DNA from: Candidatus Azotimanducaceae bacterium
GTDB lineage: Bacteria > Pseudomonadota > Gammaproteobacteria > Pseudomonadales > Azotimanducaceae
Assembly (NCBI GenBank): GCA_045560765.1
Contig: JBJKZD010000013.1
Coordinates: 77,559-141,558 of the forward strand
Direction: 5' to 3'
DNA length: 64,000 nt
Position 1 is the stretch's first letter, and every line of letters begins with the position of its first letter. The notes beneath the pieces were generated by a model. The model saw only the letters and a list, made by a program, of their open reading frames with translations, ran no database searches and was not told the DNA's origin. The translations under genes and the position numbers were made by a program. Positions 26,900 to 36,445 of the stretch are shown piece after piece.

Positions 26900-27745
26900 A
26901 TGACCTATGAATGCTTCGATCTGAAACTCCAAGACGACATCGCACACATCATTTTAAATCGCCCTGAAAAGCGGAACAGTATGTGTCCGGAATTTTGGCA
27001 GGAGCTGCCAGAAATTATTCGTGATATTGATCAGAATGCACGGGCGAGGGTGATTGTGATCTCATCAACCGGCCCCCACTTCTCGTCGGGTCTCGATGTT
27101 TCGTCATTTTCAAATGTAAACCAAACCGCAGAAGAAACTGATAAAAAAACCCGGCAGCTACAATCAGGGACGGCGTTTTATCAAAACGTACTGTTCATGC
27201 AAGAGTCCTTCAATGCCATCGAGGAATGTCGACTTCCCGTATTGGCGGCCATACAAGGCGGCTGTATCGGCGGCGGCGTTGATCTCGTGACCGCTTGCGA
27301 CATTCGGTATGCATCGGCTGATGCTTTTTTGACCATTTTTGAGACCAACATCGGCATGACCGCAGACGTCGGCACCTTCCCACGGCTTGTCAAACTCATT
27401 CCCGAGGGACACGTTCGAGAGATGGCCTACACAGGCCGACGTGTGACTGCTCAGGAAGCAAAAACCATGGGACTCATCAACGAGGTCTATGACGATCACG
27501 ATCAAATGATCAAAGCCGTCCTCTCCGTTGCTGCGGACATCGCCAGCAAGGCACCTATGGCGGTCTATGGCTGTAAAAAGATGATCACCTATGCTCGGGA
27601 TCATTCAACCGCAGACGGCTTAGACTATATCGCGATATGGAATGCCTCTCATTTCAAAATCGAAGAAATTCAGGAGGCAATGATCGCCAACAAGGAGCAG
27701 CGTCCGGGGGAATTCGTGAGTTTACCCAAGCGTCAAAAACGCTAG
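26900..27745 (+). CDS. Enoyl-CoA hydratase/isomerase (crotonase) family, dienoyl-CoA isomerase-like
   Basis: ILNRPEKRNSM, FSSGLD, LAAIQGGCIGGGVDL crotonase motifs. Confidence 0.85.
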   Translation: MTYECFDLKLQDDIAHIILNRPEKRNSMCPEFWQELPEIIRDIDQNARARVIVISSTGPHFSSGLDVSSFSNVNQTAEETDKKTRQLQSGTAFYQNVLFMQESFNAIEECRLPVLAAIQGGCIGGGVDLVTACDIRYASADAFLTIFETNIGMTADVGTFPRLVKLIPEGHVREMAYTGRRVTAQEAKTMGLINEVYDDHDQMIKAVLSVAADIASKAPMAVYGCKKMITYARDHSTADGLDYIAIWNASHFKIEEIQEAMIANKEQRPGEFVSLPKRQKR

Positions 27746-29049
27746 GGCCCTTTAGACTTAGCCGCTTCAGTCACCCCGTAGAAAACACCGCCTATTGCGA
27801 CAACCAATAACCCCATCAAGCCCTCTGTGGGTCTTTGAATGAGGATATAGATCAGTGTCCAAAGGGTTAATCCCAGATACAACAAGGGCGTCACCGGATA
27901 ACCCCAGGTCTGGTACCGCTCAGCATTGAGCAGACCCAATGCCCGCAACCTAAAAACACCGCCGACGGTGAGGAGCGTGTTCAAAATGAGTACAAATCCA
28001 CTAAACACCAAAACCGATTCAAAGCTCGAGGTCAGCACCAAAACCATCGACAGTGACACCACCGACAAAATCGCGATAAACGGCATGCCACTTGCGTTGG
28101 TTTTGGCCAACCATCCAAACGTGGGGAAGTCCTGCCCAATCACCAACAACACCCTTGGACCTGCCATCAACATTGCGCTGACGGTTGATATCAGGAGTAA
28201 AGAGAGCATCAACCCCATCAATTGCCCACCGGTTGCACCAAAGGCGTACTGTGCTGCGATCACACCAATCTCAAGCTGACCTTGGAGGGCCTCAATTGGT
28301 GCGACTGACAAGAACACAAAATTCAGCAAGAGATAAAAGCCCATCACTGAAAGGGTGCCAACAAACAAAACTCGAGGCAGGCGCCGAGTGGGGTCTTCAA
28401 GCTCATCAATCAAATACGTGGCCGAGTTCCAACCCGTGTAGGCATAGTTGACATAAATGAGGGCCACCGCGAACGCCCCTGACTTAAAACTCGTGAGGTC
28501 ACCGGCAGCTGGCAGGCTCGGCAGCGCCACCGGATAATCAGAAGCAATCAGCGCAGCAACGCTGAACACAACAATTAGAATCACTTTGAGTGCGGTAAAC
28601 AGGACTTGGGTTTTACCGCTGGTCGCTCGGGAGTAACAATGCAGAAACCCCAGTACCCCAACGAGCAGCGCCGCCGCCAGCGTCTGATTGACCCCTCCTA
28701 CGGCGGCACCGAGATAGGCGCCAAAAGTCATCGCAGCAAGCGCGATGGGCGCGGCAAATCCCACCGTAATCGAAATCCAGCCTGAGACAAAACCAAGGCC
28801 CGGATGATAAAGCTGACTTAAAAAATGGTACTCACCACCCGATCGTGGGAGTTGGGCACCCAATTCAGCGTAGGTCAAAGCGCCGCACAGTGCAATAATT
28901 CCGCCAACAATCCAGAGCAGTAAAATCAGAGACACAGACTGGATGTCTAAAAGTTGAAAACCCAAACTCGTGAAAACACCCGTACCTACCATGTTGGCTA
29001 TGACAACCGACACGGCCGTTTTTTGATCGAATTTTTTCATGCTGACCAA
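27742..29049 (-). CDS. APC-superfamily amino acid permease
   Basis: About 12 TM segments. N-terminal VVIANMVGTGVFTSLGF and GGEYHFL motifs typical of APC transporters. Confidence 0.85.
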   Translation of the reverse strand: MVSMKKFDQKTAVSVVIANMVGTGVFTSLGFQLLDIQSVSLILLLWIVGGIIALCGALTYAELGAQLPRSGGEYHFLSQLYHPGLGFVSGWISITVGFAAPIALAAMTFGAYLGAAVGGVNQTLAAALLVGVLGFLHCYSRATSGKTQVLFTALKVILIVVFSVAALIASDYPVALPSLPAAGDLTSFKSGAFAVALIYVNYAYTGWNSATYLIDELEDPTRRLPRVLFVGTLSVMGFYLLLNFVFLSVAPIEALQGQLEIGVIAAQYAFGATGGQLMGLMLSLLLISTVSAMLMAGPRVLLVIGQDFPTFGWLAKTNASGMPFIAILSVVSLSMVLVLTSSFESVLVFSGFVLILNTLLTVGGVFRLRALGLLNAERYQTWGYPVTPLLYLGLTLWTLIYILIQRPTEGLMGLLVVAIGGVFYGVTEAAKSKGP

Positions 29050-29070
29050 ACGAATTGAGCGTAATAGATC

Positions 29071-30028
29071 TTAGCCTGTAAACAGACTTGAGATATACGC
29101 CACATATCCCACTAGGAAAAAAATACCTGAGACGCGCCCGATGCTTGCACCAACAATACAGTACAACCAAAGCAGCGTTGCGCAGCCCATCATCATCCAA
29201 ATATCCATCCTTAAAAATGCTTCATCAACCGGGATATCCGTGAGCATTAACGTCACCCCAAGCACCGCTAGGATGTTGAACAAGTTACTTCCCAATACAT
29301 TTCCCAGCGCGACATCGCTGTTTCGATACACCGCTGCCACCGTGGTTGATGCGAGCTCAGGTAAAGACGTGCCTAGGGCAAAGACACTCAGCCCAATAAC
29401 ACTTTCTGATACACCCAAAGAAACCGCGAGGGTTGAGCCTGCATCCACCACCAGATCCGCCCCAAACGGCAGAGCAAGCACGCCAAAGCCAATGAGGCCG
29501 GCTATCCTGAGATAAGAGTGATTCCCCTTTGGCAGATCATCCAGTTCTTCGGTCACCTCGTTCAAAGCCGGCAGCGGAATCGATCCCTTGACGCTCTGTT
29601 GCAGAAAAATCGCCAGCAAAGCCAGCATCGCGATCCCAACCCAAAAATTTAAATCTGTTATGAGACAAACCAACGTAAAGCCCAATGTAACCATGAGCAT
29701 CCAATACACTTGGTCTCTGAGGCCTTCTTGTTGAGTCGTAATCGGGTGGATCAGAACTGGCACGCCCAACACCAGAAGGACGTTGGCTATATTGCTACCA
29801 ATCACGTTACCCCACCGCAATTTGAGCATGACCTGTCATCGCCGACAGTACCGAAACCACCATTTCTGGCGCTGACGTCCCCATGGCGACGACCGTAACG
29901 CCAACGATCAAAGGCGAAATATCGCGTTTCACCCCAAACGCCAGCGCGCCGCGCACCAAGAAGTCGCCCCCGACCACAAGCAATCCAAAACCCGCAATCA
30001 GTTTTAAAATCAGAATGAAATCAATCAT
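29071..30028 (-). pseudogene. CaCA-family Na+/Ca2+ (YrbG-like) antiporter, frame broken by a 1-nt insertion in a G4 run (29810-29813)
   Basis: Track ORFs 29807-30028 (…GTSAPEMVVSVLSAMTGHAQIAVG*) and 29071-29829 (…GNVIGSNIANVLLVLG…GTSLPELASTT…GNVLGSNLFNIL) are the two halves of one alpha-repeat antiporter. Deleting one G from GTGGGGTAAC restores ...IAVGNVIGSN... Confidence 0.82.
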
Positions 30029-30221
30029 AGATTGATCTGGCAGGAGACAGGTTTGGACACAGAGGACCCGGGAATCTAGGCTCGACGGGGAGAATCCAGA
30101 ATCGCTTCCAAGCGTCCTTGACCTTTACACTGGATCTCGATTCCACCCTACATCACCTTGATAAGTCCCTGCGGAAATTCTAACGGCTGTTTTCAGATAA
30201 CACCATCGCCAATTCAGGCAG

Positions 30222-32345
30222 CTAAGAGACTTGGACAGTGGGAATGAGTTGAGTCGGCATCGCTTTTTTACCCAGAACTTTAAGCGCCAAAATCACAACC
30301 GCTGATAGTCCCGTCAAGCCCAATATCCAAGCCAAAGAGGAGCCTGGGTGTTCTGGTAATGTGCCTGTTTGGTAGATCAAAGTCGCCGAGACATACCCCA
30401 CAAAGGTCGTCCAACCGAAAACCAGACAAGCCCATTTTAGACCCGATTCTTTATGCATAGCGGCGATCACTGCCACACACGGCGCATAAAGCAGTACGAA
30501 AACCAGGTAACTAAACGCGGCCAAGTCGGTTCCAAACTGCTCGGCCATGTTGGTTAACGTGCTCGATGAATTGCCCGCTTGTTCTGCGGGATCGAGGGCC
30601 AAACCCAAGGGGTCAGTCAAACTACTGGTAAGGCTCAGGGCATTGTCATAAATACTTATGAAAGCTGCTTCAGTTGATCCTGCCAGACTCAGGGTCTCGG
30701 CGTCAGCGCCTCCGCTGTAAAGCGCGTCGAGGGTGCCTACAACCGCCTCTTTCGCAAAAAGGCCCGTAAACAAACCAACGGTTGCGGGCCAATTCTCGTC
30801 AGTTAGACCCATCGGGTAAAAGGCAGGCGTCAGTGTCTTACCAATCTCAGAGAGCACAGATTGCTCAGTGTCCTCGTGACCAAAAGTGCCATCAGATCCC
30901 AAGGAATTCAGAAAACTCAAGGCAACGACCACCAAAACGATGGTCCGTCCAGCACGCAATATAAAACTCTTGAGTCGAAACCAAGTCGTAAGCAATAAAT
31001 TCTTCAGGATTGGCATATGGTAGACCGGCATTTCAGCATAGCTCTCGGACATTGAGTCCTCAAAAATTTGCTGTCTAAAAACCCAGCCCGTGAAGATGGC
31101 CATGATGATCCCCAAGAGGTACAGCAAAAACACGATGTTCTGGCCCTGACCTTCAAAAAACGCCGCCGCGAACAATGCATAAACCGTCAGTCTTGCCCCG
31201 CAAGACATAAACGGCGCCATCGCTATCGTCATCAGACGGTCATTTTCCTTCGAGAGCGTACGCGTCGCCATCACCGCGGGCACATTGCATCCAAACCCAA
31301 CAATTAGAGGCACGAATGCACTGCCCGGAAGGCCAATACTGATCATCAATCGATCAATCACAAACGCGGCTCGGGCCATATAGCCGGAATCTTCCATAAT
31401 CGATAAGCACAAAAACAGGAACCCGATCACTGGAATAAAAGTAGCGACAAGCTGGATTCCGCCCCCTAAACCTTGGCTGATTAACACCGACATCCAAACC
31501 GGAATCCCGATGTAATCGAGCAATTGCTCAGACCCCGTTACGAACACAGCACCAAATAAAATGTCAAAAAAATCGATGAAAACGGCGCCCAAGTTAATGG
31601 CCACCGTAAACATTAGGTACATCGCGCCTAAAAATATAGGAATACCCAACCATCGATTTAAAACCACCTGATCGATCCGCTCACTGGGCTGATGCATAAC
31701 CTGTCGAACTTGAGTGACCCCTAGCCCGATTTCCACCGCACGGTGATACCGTTTCCTATTTTCTTCCAGGGACCCTTCCGCCTCTCCTTGCTGCGGGGGC
31801 CGCCGAGGTTGTGAGGTGGACAATGGAAGATCGCGCAGAGCAGCCGCCTCCGAAGCCCCGCTGAGATGCTGCAGGAGCGCCTCAAGACCTGAGCTGCGTG
31901 AGGCAATCATCGGAATCACTGGAACGCCCAGCGCCTTTGATAACGCCTCCGGGTCAACCGTCAGACCCGCTCTTTCGGCCACATCGATCATGTTCAAAGC
32001 AACAACCACGGGTCGCTGAAAATCGAGAAGCTGCTGGGTGAGAACGAGATGACGCTCTAGATTGCTCGCGTCGATAATGTTCACAATCAAGTCACATTCA
32101 CCGGCTTCGACAAACTTCCGGGCTATGTCCTCGTCCATTCCGCCAAGGGACTGATCAAGGGAATAGATCCCGGGAAGGTCAATCACCTCCAATCGGTCCG
32201 AACCAATATTCAATGAACCTGATTTTCGTTCAACGGTGACACCGGGCCAATTTCCCACACGCTGTTGGGAGCCTGTGAGCGCATTAAATAACGTGCTTTT
32301 CCCACAATTGGGATTGCCAAGCAGACCGATGGTTTTGAGCATCAT
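30222..32345 (-). CDS. feoB: Ferrous iron transporter FeoB
   Basis: N-terminal G-domain GNPNCGKSTLFNALTG, DLPG, followed by a large polytopic membrane domain. Start at MMLKTIGL. Confidence 0.93.
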   Translation of the reverse strand: MMLKTIGLLGNPNCGKSTLFNALTGSQQRVGNWPGVTVERKSGSLNIGSDRLEVIDLPGIYSLDQSLGGMDEDIARKFVEAGECDLIVNIIDASNLERHLVLTQQLLDFQRPVVVALNMIDVAERAGLTVDPEALSKALGVPVIPMIASRSSGLEALLQHLSGASEAAALRDLPLSTSQPRRPPQQGEAEGSLEENRKRYHRAVEIGLGVTQVRQVMHQPSERIDQVVLNRWLGIPIFLGAMYLMFTVAINLGAVFIDFFDILFGAVFVTGSEQLLDYIGIPVWMSVLISQGLGGGIQLVATFIPVIGFLFLCLSIMEDSGYMARAAFVIDRLMISIGLPGSAFVPLIVGFGCNVPAVMATRTLSKENDRLMTIAMAPFMSCGARLTVYALFAAAFFEGQGQNIVFLLYLLGIIMAIFTGWVFRQQIFEDSMSESYAEMPVYHMPILKNLLLTTWFRLKSFILRAGRTIVLVVVALSFLNSLGSDGTFGHEDTEQSVLSEIGKTLTPAFYPMGLTDENWPATVGLFTGLFAKEAVVGTLDALYSGGADAETLSLAGSTEAAFISIYDNALSLTSSLTDPLGLALDPAEQAGNSSSTLTNMAEQFGTDLAAFSYLVFVLLYAPCVAVIAAMHKESGLKWACLVFGWTTFVGYVSATLIYQTGTLPEHPGSSLAWILGLTGLSAVVILALKVLGKKAMPTQLIPTVQVS

Positions 32346-32358
32346 GGGAAGGCGCCGA

Positions 32359-32589
32359 TCAAGACACCATGTCGACATCGATATGCGCTGCATCGCGCTT
32401 TCGAATACTTAAGAGCGATGGCCCCACGCGCACCTGGAGCGGGTCCCCCAGGGGCGCTTCCCGAAGGACCTTAATCTCAACGCCTGGAAAAATCCCTAGG
32501 GCGTAGAGTTTCGACTGAAGTTCAAGCGACGCAGCCTCAGACCTGGCAATCCGACCTGTCGCACCAAGATTCATATTCACCAGCTTCAT
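32359..32589 (-). CDS. feoA: Ferrous iron transport protein FeoA
   Basis: About 76 aa. SH3-like FeoA pattern ...GRIARS...LYALGIFPGVEIKVLREAPLGDPLQVRV... Start at MKLVNM, preceded by GAGGA. It lies directly upstream of feoB. Confidence 0.85.
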   Translation of the reverse strand: MKLVNMNLGATGRIARSEAASLELQSKLYALGIFPGVEIKVLREAPLGDPLQVRVGPSLLSIRKRDAAHIDVDMVS

Positions 32590-32627
32590 GTGACGCATCC
32601 TCGAGCGCAAAACCTGCGCCATCAGCT

Positions 32628-32650
32628 AAATGCGAATTATTATCATTTAC
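32628..32650 (-). promoter_or_regulatory. Fur box-like operator upstream of feoA
   Basis: The minus strand reads GTAAATGATAATAATTCGCATTT. About 14 of 17 positions match the GATAATGATAATCATTATC consensus. It lies about 40-60 nt upstream of the feoA start. Confidence 0.6.
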
Positions 32651-32685
32651 AAGTGAAAAGTAAATCCCTTCAGGATGATCCGCCG

Positions 32686-33453
32686 TCAGAGTTCTGCGCA
32701 GATATGCCCGCCGTCGACGACCACCACCGAACCTGTCATGTACGTCGAAGCATCAGAGGCTAACAAGAGAAGCGGACCGTCAAGATCTGAAAATTCACCA
32801 TAGCGGCGCATTGGAATGCCTTTAACAAATTCCGAGGAGCGCTCGCTCTCAAGCAAAACCCGGGAGACATCGGTCAAGATGTAGCCTGGCGCTAAAGCGT
32901 TCACACGCACCCCATAGCGCGCACCCTCGAGCGCCATAATCTCAGTCGCCTTGACCAAGGCGGCTTTGGAAACCGCATAAGGAAACTGCCCTTTGATCGT
33001 TCGGTAGGCTGTGATCGAAGCAATATTAACAATACTCCCGGTCCCGCCCTGCTCGGCGACCCATTGAGTGTAGAACTTAGACAACCGCCATGCGGCTTTC
33101 AAATTGGTATCAAACACATAGTCCCAATCCTCGTCATCGATCATGGTGTAGGTTTTTGCACCCGCCTCAACCCCCGCATTGTTGATCAGCACATCAATAC
33201 CACCAAAAGCCTCAACGGCCCCAGTAAGAAAGTTTTTGGCGGAATCAACATCACGCACATCGAGGGGCAGGCCCAATACTTCGTGTCCAGCTGCGCTCAG
33301 TTCATCCACCCGGGCCTGAATCTTGTCCACCCGACGAGCACCCAGCACCACCCGCGCGCCGGCGCGCCCTAGTACGCCCGCAAAATGATGACCAAACCCC
33401 GAGGACGCACCCGTGACCAGAACCGTTTTACCAGATAGAGAAAATATCGACAT
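32686..33453 (-). CDS. SDR-family oxidoreductase
   Basis: GASSGFGHHFA, NNAG, YAVSKAAL (YxxxK), VNALAPGYILT. Confidence 0.88.
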   Translation of the reverse strand: MSIFSLSGKTVLVTGASSGFGHHFAGVLGRAGARVVLGARRVDKIQARVDELSAAGHEVLGLPLDVRDVDSAKNFLTGAVEAFGGIDVLINNAGVEAGAKTYTMIDDEDWDYVFDTNLKAAWRLSKFYTQWVAEQGGTGSIVNIASITAYRTIKGQFPYAVSKAALVKATEIMALEGARYGVRVNALAPGYILTDVSRVLLESERSSEFVKGIPMRRYGEFSDLDGPLLLLASDASTYMTGSVVVVDGGHICAEL

Positions 33454-33536
33454 AGATCGCCTCTTTGTGTTCGCACCTTTGGGATCAACCCTCTGTGCAC
33501 TGAATCTTGATGGAAATTTATAGCTTACTGCTCATC

Positions 33537-34955
33537 TCAGCGACTGAGTGCGCGCTTAAACCCCGAATAATTGGGCTGGTCAATGGCGATTTGATTCACC
33601 ACCGTTGTGCGCAAGTGGGCTTGAATTCGCTCGTCCGACAAGGGGATCGAGCCCTCCCTTAATTCCTGCGCCAGCCTTGATCGCAAAGTCATGAGATCGT
33701 CACCTGTTCCAAAATAGGCCTGCAATCGATCCAATTCTTCGACTTGATGCTGCCCCCCCAGTGCCAACTCGCGCAAAACAATGTCAAGGGAATTGCCTGC
33801 TACCCGCGCGAGAAACTGTGATCGCCCCTTGAGATTGACCATCGCATCGTCTCGCAGATAATCCCGCACACTCTGAATCAATTCACGCTGACTGGGCATT
33901 TCAGCAACTTCTCGACCCGGAGCGACAACAAGTTCAGCAGCGCCAGGAATCAACAAATTAACGCAATCAACCTGGCATTCAGACGTCCGACGACCAATTG
34001 CCGGACGTTCTACGGATTGATCCGGGCCCGACCGATAATGCTCTGCCATTCCCAGGCAACCGATGGCCCACCAAAAAGAGCCGAACACCTCCCAAAATTT
34101 AACGTGCTCGGGATCGACATCAATGCCGCTGACTTCCGAATAGCCATCAAAAAGGTCCTGATACTCGCCAAAGCCACCCACAGGTAGCGCACTCCCAAAG
34201 CGCCAAGAATTTGTACAGATCCAGCCTAGATCACGCATTGGATCACCAATATGCGCAACTTCCCAGTCAAGGACCGCTGAGATACCCGTCGGCGTCAGCA
34301 GGAAATTGCCCGCACGAAAATCGTTGTGGACCAGGGTTAATCGCGCCGGCGTCGGTAAATGTTCCTCTAACCAACGACCTGCATAATCGATCATCGGCTG
34401 GGGCTCTCCAAACGCGTGGTAGCGCTCCAGCATTTGGGCTAAAAATTCCTTAGGGGTCATCTCAGCCAGTCGTGGTCTCAGCTCGGTAGCGTCCAGATCA
34501 ATGCTATGAATCTGAGCAAGAATTCGTCCACACTCTTTGGCAAGCGTCGGCCGAATTGATTCGAATTTGGCATCGCGGGTGATCCGCGCACCCAAGGCCT
34601 CACCGTCGATCCACTCCATAACAAAGCCGTCGCCCAACCCATCGGCGCGCGTTAATACATGGTAAACCTCGGGCTCAGGCACACCCACGGCTTTGGCGGC
34701 TTGCATCAAATGCGCTTCCACGTCGAGGCCAGGATGTGCGGGAAGAGGTTCGAGATACTCACCGCCAGGGGTGCGCCGCATCGCGAGCGGCATTTCAATA
34801 CCGTCTCTTTCAACGGTCAGTCGGTAGGTCTCCTGACTCGCTCCACCGGAGAGCCGCTCGACCTTAAGCAGGGCTGAACACCCTGGAACATGGGCAGTTA
34901 CAACGTCAGCGAGCGCTGCCTCGAACGCCTCAAAACTGGGGACCTTCAAGCTCAT
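33537..34955 (-). CDS. Phosphotransferase (APH / protein-kinase-like fold) family protein
   Basis: LVHNDFRAGNFLL catalytic loop and LDWEVAHIGDPMRDLG (DxD-type) motif. A helical C-terminal extension of about 120 aa follows. It is adjacent to an acyl-CoA dehydrogenase. Confidence 0.82.
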   Translation of the reverse strand: MSLKVPSFEAFEAALADVVTAHVPGCSALLKVERLSGGASQETYRLTVERDGIEMPLAMRRTPGGEYLEPLPAHPGLDVEAHLMQAAKAVGVPEPEVYHVLTRADGLGDGFVMEWIDGEALGARITRDAKFESIRPTLAKECGRILAQIHSIDLDATELRPRLAEMTPKEFLAQMLERYHAFGEPQPMIDYAGRWLEEHLPTPARLTLVHNDFRAGNFLLTPTGISAVLDWEVAHIGDPMRDLGWICTNSWRFGSALPVGGFGEYQDLFDGYSEVSGIDVDPEHVKFWEVFGSFWWAIGCLGMAEHYRSGPDQSVERPAIGRRTSECQVDCVNLLIPGAAELVVAPGREVAEMPSQRELIQSVRDYLRDDAMVNLKGRSQFLARVAGNSLDIVLRELALGGQHQVEELDRLQAYFGTGDDLMTLRSRLAQELREGSIPLSDERIQAHLRTTVVNQIAIDQPNYSGFKRALSR

Positions 34956-34993
34956 CGTAAACTGCTCACCCTGTCACCCAATTCATACAATGC

Positions 34994-36265
34994 CTAGTCA
35001 AGCTTCACCCCCTTCGGAGCCTGCTGCTTCATGTATCCAAAGAGGTAGCCTGCTATCCGCCTGATCTGAATTTCTTCCGCCCCTTCGGTAATCCGGTACC
35101 GGCGATGGTGTCGATAAATGTGCTCAAACGGCTTATGACGAGAATAACCAAGACCGCCATGAACCTGCATCGCTTGGTCAGCCGCCTCGCAGCACAATCT
35201 ATTGGCTTGGTAGTTGCACATGGAGACCTTGTCAGACACCGCAAAGTTGCCATAGGTGTCCATCATCCAGGCGGTCTTATGAATCAACGCCCGTAACATT
35301 TCGCAGCGTGTCTGGAGCTCCGCCAATGGGAACTGGATCGCCTGATTAGTTGATAAAGGTTTGCCAAAGGGTTTGCGCTGCATGGCATATTCGATGGATT
35401 GATTCACGCAGAACTGCGCTGCGCCAAGGCTCGAGGCCGCCTGGCGAATACGATTTTCGTTGAAGAAATGTTGGACTACCTGCAGGCCTCGACCTTCACC
35501 ACCAAAAATGGCTGATTGGTCGACATACACATTGTCGAGGGAAATACGGCCATGATCCGTTGGCATATTGAATGTCCACAGCATTTCTTCGACTTTAAAA
35601 CCTTCCGCATTGGTTGGCGTCAAAAAGGCAGTGATCCCCTCGCCGTCTCCAGCCTTGCCACTCGTTCGAGCCAGAATCATGTCGTATTGCGCTTTATGGA
35701 TGCCCGTGTTCCAAGTTTTGCCACCATTGATTCGCCACCCATCGCCATCTCTTACCGCAGTGGTTTCCATGTGGGTCGCATCTGATCCGTGATCCGGTTC
35801 GGTAATGCCAAAAGCAAATCCTCGCTTACCTGCCAGTAAAAGAGGGATCCACTCCGCTTGTTGCGCCTCTGTGCCGTAGGCCAACATCAGCAGCAACCCA
35901 ACATTATTTGCAACGATCGAATGTTCATTCTGAAGGTCGTTATGCAACCCCAAGCCTTTGGTCGCAAAGTGCTCTCGAATCACGGCCATACCCAAATTAG
36001 AACCGTTCTGACCGCCGTACTCCTCTGGGATCGGATACCGGTAATGACCAGCGGCATCTGCCCTGCGCCTGGCTTCGCCCAGCAGCGACTCCCATTCTTC
36101 GTTCGGTAGGCCGCCGCGCTCCCAATCAGTCCGTGCATCCTCACGCCGGTGATCGAAAAACCGAATGTTGTCGTTTTCGTTTTCGAGCGGCTTAATTTCC
36201 CGCTCAATAAAATCATCCAGTACGTTCAAGTAATCTTGAAGGTCCTTGGGTATATCGAAATCCAT
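34994..36265 (-). CDS. Acyl-CoA dehydrogenase family protein
   Basis: FGITEPDHGSD, WTFNMP..., C-terminal RITEGAEEIQ (catalytic Glu region). Length of about 420 aa. Confidence 0.88.
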   Translation of the reverse strand: MDFDIPKDLQDYLNVLDDFIEREIKPLENENDNIRFFDHRREDARTDWERGGLPNEEWESLLGEARRRADAAGHYRYPIPEEYGGQNGSNLGMAVIREHFATKGLGLHNDLQNEHSIVANNVGLLLMLAYGTEAQQAEWIPLLLAGKRGFAFGITEPDHGSDATHMETTAVRDGDGWRINGGKTWNTGIHKAQYDMILARTSGKAGDGEGITAFLTPTNAEGFKVEEMLWTFNMPTDHGRISLDNVYVDQSAIFGGEGRGLQVVQHFFNENRIRQAASSLGAAQFCVNQSIEYAMQRKPFGKPLSTNQAIQFPLAELQTRCEMLRALIHKTAWMMDTYGNFAVSDKVSMCNYQANRLCCEAADQAMQVHGGLGYSRHKPFEHIYRHHRRYRITEGAEEIQIRRIAGYLFGYMKQQAPKGVKLD

Positions 36266-36445
36266 GTTGTTCTCCTATCAAAAAATCCAATCGGGTAGTG
36301 CGGCACACATCCAGTTTTTCTATCTTTACGCCCTTCATTGTTACCCAGGCAGATGGCCCTTCACAATGTTCTCGGTACATTTTTAGATACAAAAGATACT
36401 GTTTTCTTCTAACCCTATTGACGACCTATCCGAGCGATGGGGGCC

